From: a virus
Taxonomy: Duplodnaviria; Heunggongvirae; Uroviricota; Caudoviricetes
Virus record (IMG/VR): IMGVR_UViG_2740892235_000005
DNA length: 22,032 bases
Reading direction: 5' to 3' (one strand)
The notes below the pieces were generated by a model, which saw only the letters and a list, made by a program, of their open reading frames with translations, was not told the DNA's origin and did no database searches. Below, piece by piece: positions 16,752 through 22,032 of this stretch; within the stretch, counting starts at the first letter, position 1, and every line of letters begins with the position of its first letter. A program made the position numbers and the translations under genes.

Positions 16752-16932
16752 GTCCGGTTTCTTCCACCATCGCACCGGACCAGCGACCATGAGGGGACAA
16801 CGCCGCGCTCCGTTAACGCGGTAAACCCCGGTGTGTATCGTTTTTGATTATCCCCGCACACTCGCGCAGAGGAGTCTCCCGGTCGGGCTGCGGTCTCTGT
16901 TAATGCAGGAATACGGCGACGATACGGCGCAT
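16752..16932. repeat. 181-bp conserved noncoding element, copy A (module-junction sequence)
   Basis: About 97% identical to 19307..19487; contains inverted repeats GTCCGGT...ACCGGAC and CCGCG-ctccgttaa-CGCGG. Confidence 0.8.
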
Positions 16933-16939
16933 AGTTATG

Positions 16940-17485
16940 TCAGGCTGAAATGCCTTTATCAAATCCGGGTAACGCAATCTGCCCCTGCTGCTCCAGCCTG
17001 TCCAGCCTTGCCAGCAACTGAGGCTTCTTCACCCTGCCCCAGCGATTGAGCAAGCGACCTGACATACTGGCGACATCCTTCTCTTTCATGTATTCCAGCA
17101 TGACTGCATTTCTCTCAGCTTCCAGGTGTGTTTTTCCCTGCATGATAAGTTCTGCCATCCAGTTGAAAGCCTGGATGTACGTAACCTTTATTTGCATCGC
17201 AGTCTTACCAGTAAACCCCATAACGACCAGCATGTAACCGTCTTTCGTCATGTTAAACATTGGCTGGACATCACCATTTTTATCAATAAAATCAGTAGGC
17301 TCAAAATTGAGCCGGGCAAAATCATCAGGACATTCAGAAATGGTTTGCCTGATCTTTCTTAATACGTTCTTATGACTCTTACCAAAAAATTCCGCCACTT
17401 TAATACTCGTGGTCAGGACAGAGCCTCCCACTACCATAACCATGTCACGAAAATCAATGCCGTTAACAACGGTAGAATATTTCAT
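16940..17485 (-). CDS. rha: phage regulatory protein Rha family
   Basis: 181-aa ORF; FGKSHKNVLRKIR and TKDGYMLVVMGFTGKTAMQIKVTYIQAFNWM fit the Rha family pattern. Confidence 0.8.
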   Translation of the reverse strand: MKYSTVVNGIDFRDMVMVVGGSVLTTSIKVAEFFGKSHKNVLRKIRQTISECPDDFARLNFEPTDFIDKNGDVQPMFNMTKDGYMLVVMGFTGKTAMQIKVTYIQAFNWMAELIMQGKTHLEAERNAVMLEYMKEKDVASMSGRLLNRWGRVKKPQLLARLDRLEQQGQIALPGFDKGISA

Positions 17486-17638
17486 AGCGTGTACCTGCTC
17501 TTTGAAATGAACCTTTGCCGCACAGGAAACCAGCCCACCGAGGCTCGCCAGAACTAACTGGTATCCTCAAAGGCTCATTCCAAAGGGGCAGGTTCGGTGG
17601 TTATCATGCGCTGCGGTGCGCGGTGAAATTCAGATATG

Positions 17639-17661
17639 AAAAAGCCAGCGATTAAGCTGGC
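17639..17661 (-). terminator. intrinsic terminator after Rz/Rz1 copy A
   Basis: Minus strand: GCCAGC-TTAATC-GCTGGC followed by TTTTT, 5 nt after the Rz stop. Confidence 0.6.
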
Positions 17662-17665
17662 TCTG

Positions 17666-18139
17666 TTAATTCAGGCACTGAGTGCGGATATATTCCTGAA
17701 GCGTTCTCAATGCGGCCTGATCGCTGATGATTCCGTCTCTGATACCGAGAACGTTTCGTCCAGCAACTGGAGAGAGTTCGACGGCGGCATCATTGCCCAC
17801 GCCGGAGGTGGTGGGGGCTTCACGCACGGAGCCTGGACAGGTGGCGTTGATCCGCAGGCGCTTACGACCAGCGGCAACATCAGCACGCAGAGTTTCATTT
17901 TCAGCTCTCGCATCGGCTAATTCCCTCGAGTATTTTGCATCGAGCGCAGCAACATCGCGCTGGCGCACCTGCATATCAGTAATGGTTGCGTTTGCCTGCT
18001 CCAGCTCTCTGGCTTTTTTATCGCGCTGCGCTTTGTAGGTGATGGCGTTATCGCGGTAATGATTCAGCCCCAGACTAAGCGCACCACAGACCACCAGCAG
18101 AATAACGGTAAACGCGGAAAGCATTCGGTTTATGCTCAC
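17666..18139 (-). CDS. Rz: i-spanin Rz (copy A)
   Basis: 157-aa ORF with N-terminal TM segment and [45 protein letters not shown], very close to recalled lambda Rz. Confidence 0.9.
   Translation of the reverse strand: MSINRMLSAFTVILLVVCGALSLGLNHYRDNAITYKAQRDKKARELEQANATITDMQVRQRDVAALDAKYSRELADARAENETLRADVAAGRKRLRINATCPGSVREAPTTSGVGNDAAVELSPVAGRNVLGIRDGIISDQAALRTLQEYIRTQCLN
17707..17913 (-). CDS. Rz1: o-spanin Rz1 (copy A), embedded in the +1 frame of Rz
   Basis: Lipobox LPLVVSAC then proline-rich [10 protein letters not shown], as in lambda Rz1; exact start codon uncertain. Confidence 0.8.
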   Translation of the reverse strand: MRELKMKLCVLMLPLVVSACGSTPPVQAPCVKPPPPPAWAMMPPSNSLQLLDETFSVSETESSAIRPH

Positions 18140-18267
18140 TCCAGCAGCCCCGACGAAGACAACATCATCCAGCCCATGGAAAGAAAAAGAGCAACCAGCA
18201 TTAGTGAAAATGAAATGCCGACGATTACACAGAGGATCTTCGCCAGCATTATGAGTTTGTCTGACAT
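18136..18267 (-). CDS. small single-pass membrane protein (43 aa), unknown function
   Basis: [43 protein letters not shown]; strong RBS AAGGGAGGA; 4-nt ATGA overlap with the Rz start. Confidence 0.5.
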   Translation of the reverse strand: MSDKLIMLAKILCVIVGISFSLMLVALFLSMGWMMLSSSGLLE

Positions 18268-18281
18268 GCTTAATCCTCCCT

Positions 18282-18464
18282 TCACGATTTCAACGCAATG
18301 ACCAGTTTTGCCAGCCCATACAGTATCGGAGACACAGCGATACCGACCGCCACCCACTTAATAGCAAAAGCCAGCGCTCTACTGATGTCATCACTTACTG
18401 GCGCTTTCAGTTCAAGGCCGTTTTTCATAGTCAACCTCAACAGAATTCGTTTATACTTTTCCAT
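18282..18464 (-). CDS. small C-terminally anchored membrane protein (60 aa), unknown function
   Basis: [11 protein letters not shown]...[35 protein letters not shown] 5 nt before the ATG at 18464 (the longer ORF from 18497 lacks an RBS). Confidence 0.5.
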   Translation of the reverse strand: MEKYKRILLRLTMKNGLELKAPVSDDISRALAFAIKWVAVGIAVSPILYGLAKLVIALKS

Positions 18465-18491
18465 GTTCTCCCTTGCCTTATCCAAGGTCAG

Positions 18492-18531
18492 AAACACAAA
18501 ACCCCGCTTGCTGCCAACAAACGGGGTTTTT
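18492..18531. terminator. bidirectional terminator-like hairpin between endolysin A and the small membrane genes
   Basis: CCCCGCTTG-ctgccaa-CAAACGGGG flanked by AAACACAAAA on one side and TTTTTACTTTTATT on the other. Confidence 0.45.
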
Positions 18532-18620
18532 ACTTTTATTCACTTAGGTTTTGCCAGTTCGCAGGATTTCGTGTTATCCGTCCGCGTTGGCCAACGTCAT
18601 TTTTCAGCAAAATATTCTGC

Positions 18621-18784
18621 TTATCTGTCGATACCCCAGCACGCCAGCGCGCTCTCCTGGTCACGACGGGATACCTGACCATAGCAATTATTTGAGCGGA
18701 TACGGCAGTCTCTGCCACCGTCCTTAATCCACCAGCGAATCGCTTCACACGCTCCCCTGCGATCGCCTGCATTAATTCGTTTAT
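18621..18784 (-). CDS. SAR endolysin copy A, 3' fragment truncated by the scaffold gap
   Basis: In-frame translation ends ...[32 protein letters not shown], paralogous to the C-terminus of the complete lysozyme at 19961..20494 with many synonymous differences. Confidence 0.75.
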
Positions 18785-18794
18785 AAAACGTCGA
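18785..18794. other. assembly gap (10 N)
   Basis: Run of N; the 63 bp before it are identical to 20081..20143. Confidence 1.
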
Positions 18795-19084
18795 NNNNNN
18801 NNNNACACGAGCAGACCGGTTTCCTGCTCAAATTTCAGTCGGTCACGTTCTGACTGGTACCATGCTTTACGCGCATGAGGATCCATTTCCTCGTTATCTA
18901 CAGGCAGAGGAGCTTTCATCAGCTCGGCAAGGATATCTGTCAGTCGGTACAGTTTGAGATTGCTCTCATGGCCACCGGCTGGGCTTATGTTTTTTACCCG
19001 AGCCGCGACAGTCTGTCGATGAGCACCGGATAATGCAGCCAGTTGGGAAATATTCAGATGCAGATTTTTTAATTCACGATCCAT
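18795..19084 (-). CDS. Nu1-like terminase small subunit / winged-HTH DNA-binding protein, N-terminal fragment truncated by gap
   Basis: MDRELKNLHLNISQLAALSGAHRQTVAARVKN... has an N-terminal HTH like lambda gpNu1 and sits about 145 bp downstream of a cos-like GC block; the ORF-track product 18536..19084 is a chimera across the gap. Confidence 0.4.
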
Positions 19085-19228
19085 AACTCCCCCTGAAAAT
19101 TATGTAAATACACGCCAGTGATGAACAAAAAACAACCAAATTCGACACTAAAAATTTTTATTTTTCTATATATCAATAACTTACACTGGTGGTGATGGTG
19201 CCATAAAAATCAAAAAATGCGCCTTTTT

Positions 19229-19244
19229 CCGCGCCGCCCGCCCC
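19229..19244 (-). other. candidate lambda-type cosN-like GC block upstream of the Nu1-like gene
   Basis: Minus strand GGGGCGGGCGGCGCGG contains GGGCGGCG, the first 8 nt of the lambda cohesive end GGGCGGCGACCT; followed by an AT-rich stretch before the gene start. Confidence 0.3.
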
Positions 19245-19277
19245 GTGTTCAGGCCCACCCCACCAGGAGGACCCGCA

Positions 19278-19300
19278 AAAATGATAATGGTTATCATTTT
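19278..19300. repeat. perfect AT-rich palindrome AAAATGATAA-TGG-TTATCATTTT
   Basis: 10-bp arms with a 3-nt spacer, between the junction element and the cos-like block. Confidence 0.8.
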
Positions 19301-19306
19301 AATGTA

Positions 19307-19487
19307 GTCCGGTTTCTTCCACCATCGCACCGGACCAGCGACCATGAGGGGACAACGCCGCGCTCCGTTAACGCGGTAAACCCCGGTGTGTATCGTTTTT
19401 GATTATCCCCGCACACTCGCGCAGAGGAGTCTCCCTGTCGGGCTGCGGTCTCTGTTAATGAGGGAATACAGCGACGATACGGCGCAT
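19307..19487. repeat. 181-bp conserved noncoding element, copy B
   Basis: About 97% identical to 16752..16932; here it directly follows the Rz copy B stop. Confidence 0.8.
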
Positions 19488-19496
19488 CAGCAAAAC

Positions 19497-19982
19497 TTAG
19501 TTCAGGCACTGAGTGCGGATATATTCCTGCGCCCCTTCCAGCTGCTTCTGCATTGTCATCAACCGTTCTCTGAGGATGAAATAATCCCGTTCAGCGGTGT
19601 CTGCCAGTCGGGGGCCGGTTGCATTATCCACGCCGGAGGTGCCGGTGGCTTCACGCACGGTACCGTGGCAGGTGGCGTTGATCCGCAGGCGCTTACGACC
19701 AGCGGCAACGTCAGCGCGAAGAGTTTCATTTTCAGCTCTCGCATCGGCTAATTCCCTCGAGTATTTTGCATCGAGCGCAGCAACATCACGCTGGCGCACC
19801 TGCATGTCAGTAATGGTGGCATTCGCCTGTTCCAGCTCTCTGGCTTTTTTATCGCGCTGCGCTTTGTAGGTGATGGCGTTATCGCGGTAATGATTAACAG
19901 CCCATAACAGACAGACGATGATGCAGATAACCAGAGCGTAAATAATCGCGGTTACTCTTCTCACTGATCTATCCCCCAACAA
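19497..19982 (-). CDS. Rz: i-spanin Rz (copy B)
   Basis: 161-aa [38 protein letters not shown]... near-identical to lambda Rz over the N-terminal half; C-terminal third differs from copy A. Confidence 0.9.
   Translation of the reverse strand: MLGDRSVRRVTAIIYALVICIIVCLLWAVNHYRDNAITYKAQRDKKARELEQANATITDMQVRQRDVAALDAKYSRELADARAENETLRADVAAGRKRLRINATCHGTVREATGTSGVDNATGPRLADTAERDYFILRERLMTMQKQLEGAQEYIRTQCLN
19559..19744 (-). CDS. Rz1: o-spanin Rz1 (copy B), embedded in the +1 frame of Rz
   Basis: Lipobox LPLVVSAC then [32 protein letters not shown], very close to lambda Rz1. Confidence 0.85.
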   Translation of the reverse strand: MRELKMKLFALTLPLVVSACGSTPPATVPCVKPPAPPAWIMQPAPDWQTPLNGIISSSENG

Positions 19983-20494
19983 GCTAATGCGCTTTCCTGG
20001 TCACGACGAATAACCTGTCCGTAGCAGTTATTTGAACGTGTGCGGCAATCACGCCCACCGTCCTTAATCCACCAGCGAATCGCTTCACACGCTCCCCTGC
20101 GATCGCCTGCATTAATTCGTTTATAAAACGTCGACGGGAAACACTTACCGGGGCCAATGTTGTAAGGACAGAATGACGCAATACCCGCTTTCTGGGGTTC
20201 AGTCAGTGGCACTTTGATGTTTTTCTCCACCCATGCCAGCGCCTTATCCCGTTCGATAGCGTTAACCCGGTCGCATTTTTCCTTCGACAGCTTCATGCCA
20301 GGAATAACAGGCTTACCATCCACCCGGGTGGCTCCACGGCAGATGGTCCAGATACCCGCACCATCACGGTATGCCGTGGTGTGGTTACCTTCTTTTTCGT
20401 CAAGAAACTGGTCGAGGATTTCAGGCGCAGAAGCCCCTGCGGCAATCAGCGCCAGAACGGCAGCTGACAGGCCGTATTTGATTTTTGCGTTCAT
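19961..20494 (-). CDS. R: SAR endolysin (GH24 phage lysozyme with N-terminal signal-arrest-release domain), copy B
   Basis: 177-aa ORF; Gly/Ala-rich weakly hydrophobic N-terminus ([18 protein letters not shown]) and E-x8-D-x5-T catalytic spacing ([16 protein letters not shown]), as in phage 21 R. Confidence 0.85.
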   Translation of the reverse strand: MNAKIKYGLSAAVLALIAAGASAPEILDQFLDEKEGNHTTAYRDGAGIWTICRGATRVDGKPVIPGMKLSKEKCDRVNAIERDKALAWVEKNIKVPLTEPQKAGIASFCPYNIGPGKCFPSTFYKRINAGDRRGACEAIRWWIKDGGRDCRTRSNNCYGQVIRRDQESALACWGIDQ

Positions 20495-20546
20495 GGATAT
20501 TTATCAGGATTTATAGCTCTCTTATTCCTGGATATGTCAGATATAN

Positions 20547-20556
20547 NNNNNNNNNC
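20547..20556. other. assembly gap (10 N)
   Basis: Run of N; sequence after the gap (20557..20830) is about 95% identical to sequence before it (20268..20546). Confidence 1.
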
Positions 20557-20782
20557 GGTCGCATTTTTCCTTCGACAGCTTCATGCCAGGAATCACAGGC
20601 TTACCATCCACCATGATGGCACCTCGGCAGATGGTCCAGATACCCGCACCATCACGGTATGCCGTGGTGTGGTTGCCTTCCTTTTCATCCAGAAACTGGT
20701 CGAGGATTTCAGGCGCAGAAGCCCCTGCGGCAATCAGCGCCAGAACGGCAGCCGACAGGCCGTATTTGATTTTTGCGTTCAT
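20557..20782 (-). CDS. SAR endolysin copy C, 5' fragment truncated by the scaffold gap
   Basis: Encodes [75 protein letters not shown], differing from copy B at a few residues (TRV versus IMV). Confidence 0.7.
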
Positions 20783-20907
20783 GGATATTTATCAGGATTT
20801 ATAGCTCTCTTATTCCTGGATATGTCAGATATATAATCCGGTACTCACGATGAATATAATCAACAGGCACCAGGACACACCCGGTAACAACAAATGAGAT
20901 TTTATAA

Positions 20908-21228
20908 ATGAATAATAATGACAACAATTTACGCAAAGAGTTTTTGCAGATAATGAACGAAAATGTTAAATCAGAATTAAAAGCGCTTATCCCGGATAAC
21001 AGCGAGGCCACTCAGGCCATTCTCTCAGAGCCTTACGGCATGCTTTCAACAGAAACTCTGGATATCATTATCACCACATTAACACCATTGATGCTTCAGC
21101 ATCTGAAGCACAACATTAACAAATGGTTTAATGACGAACTCAGTCACCCGGGTTGTTCATGGGATAAAAACTTTGCCTGTCTGCAAAAAAAACGGCTCTT
21201 CAATAAACTATCGCTTAAGTTCAGATAA
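20908..21228 (+). CDS. hypothetical protein (106 aa) in an AT-rich insert, convergent with the 223-aa gene
   Basis: ORF only; Asn/Lys-rich low-GC sequence typical of acquired cargo; weak RBS; no recognised domain. Confidence 0.35.
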   Translation: MNNNDNNLRKEFLQIMNENVKSELKALIPDNSEATQAILSEPYGMLSTETLDIIITTLTPLMLQHLKHNINKWFNDELSHPGCSWDKNFACLQKKRLFNKLSLKFR

Positions 21229-21879
21229 CCTCTCCCCAAACCGCCCTTTCAGATAAGTCAGTCCGGGATGAAACCAGTAAGCCGGCACTTTTTTAAAGGG
21301 CGGGTTGTCAAACTCACGAAGAAGAGCCTCCCGCACAACTACATCCTTGTCAGCACCACAGGCAAGTGCTTCAATCTCTGCCGCCAGCTGCAGATATCCC
21401 ATGCAGCGACCAATGCGCTGCATCAGCCCCTGCTTTTTATTGTTCTTCATGTAATCAATGGCAAATTCAATAAGCGCCTCACTGTGCTGGTGCGATGCTG
21501 GTGTTACTTTTCCATCTTCACTGATCGTGATATTCCAGTCATCGCTTGTCACAATAAAAGATGGCCGATTACCCCCCCATTCCTGGTCTTTATCCGGTGC
21601 AGACGCAATAAAATAACGTTTATTGCCGTCCTCTCCGGCACTTTTAACCGTAATGGAGTACTTTTCTGACAATGCGGTCGGTAAAAACTTTTCCTGCAAA
21701 ATATTCGCAAAGATCCTGCGAGCAATTTTGATGCAATCATCGTAAAACGCCGCAAACTGCTCATCGCGGCGTTTGTTTGCATCTTCAGAAGGCATCAGCG
21801 CCGACAGTTTTTTATTCAGTTCAGCAATTTCATTTTCCAGACGACTGAAGCGCTGATTCATTTCTTCATGATTCATCAC
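21208..21879 (-). CDS. hypothetical protein (about 222 aa) inserted between pinholin and endolysin
   Basis: ORF with RBS GGAGAG before the ATG at 21876 (GTG at 21879 also possible), coupled to the pinholin stop; N-terminal coiled-coil-like segment; no recognised domain. Confidence 0.55.
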   Translation of the reverse strand: MMNHEEMNQRFSRLENEIAELNKKLSALMPSEDANKRRDEQFAAFYDDCIKIARRIFANILQEKFLPTALSEKYSITVKSAGEDGNKRYFIASAPDKDQEWGGNRPSFIVTSDDWNITISEDGKVTPASHQHSEALIEFAIDYMKNNKKQGLMQRIGRCMGYLQLAAEIEALACGADKDVVVREALLREFDNPPFKKVPAYWFHPGLTYLKGRFGERLSELKR

Positions 21880-22032
21880 CTACTCTCCCCGTGCCGCCTT
21901 ACGACGGTCTTCTTTAATCTTGAAATACAGGTTCGTTAGATATGTCAGCAGCCCAAACAGCAGACTCCCCAGCACGCCTATTGCCGCCCACTGAGACGGG
22001 GAAACCCTGTCCAGCAACTGCAGGAACCAGTA
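21880..22032 (-). CDS. S: class II pinholin (phage 21 S21 / EssD-like), 3' fragment; gene starts beyond window end
   Basis: Minus-strand translation [50 protein letters not shown] matches the recalled C-terminal half of S21/EssD. Confidence 0.75.
   Translation of the reverse strand, partial: YWFLQLLDRVSPSQWAAIGVLGSLLFGLLTYLTNLYFKIKEDRRKAARGE

Noticed and set aside
16900-16932. Conserved 10-codon mini-ORF (MRRIVAVF[L/P]H) at the end of the 181-bp element, also at 19455..19487
   Set aside because: No Shine-Dalgarno sequence in either copy; conservation is explained by the DNA element itself.
16752-16932. tRNA or tmRNA within the 181-bp element (lambdoid phages often carry tRNAs near lysis genes)
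   Set aside because: No cloverleaf arrangement or T-loop GTTCRA motif visible; not verified with a tRNA scanner.
16831-17049. Plus-strand ORFs 16831..17049 and 19386..19751 sharing their first 33 residues
   Set aside because: Shared sequence comes from the duplicated element; both begin at GTG without RBS and diverge immediately outside it.
18536-19084. 182-aa ORF reported as a single protein
   Set aside because: It spans the N run at 18785..18794: the N-terminal part is a Nu1-like fragment and the C-terminal part is an out-of-frame reading of the endolysin A fragment. It is an artefact of the gap.

Overview
This window is the late (lysis, packaging, head, tail) region of a lambdoid siphovirus prophage from an enterobacterial scaffold, with almost all genes on the minus strand. 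From high to low coordinate: a phage-21-type pinholin fragment, a two-gene cargo insert, SAR endolysin copies, Rz/Rz1 spanins (two diverged copies), a Rha regulator, a lipoprotein with a TonB C-terminal domain, a YlcI-like small gene (+), HNH endonuclease, TerS, TerL, a fused prohead protease-major capsid protein, a portal protein with a C-terminal tandem-repeat extension, head-tail connector genes, major tail protein V, the G/G-T frameshifted chaperone, tape measure H, gpM, an OmpC-family porin inserted between M and L, and the 5' end of gpL. Two 10-N runs (18785..18794, 20547..20556) are scaffold gaps flanked by near-identical paralogous lysis-gene sequence, so gene order between about 18.6 and 20.8 kb is not trustworthy. 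The most interesting candidates are the TonB-C-terminal-domain lipoprotein (possible TonB decoy), the portal repeat extension, the porin insert in the tail operon, and unannotated cargo inside the lysis cassettes. All calls rest on reading the sequence and recalled family signatures; no database search was run.
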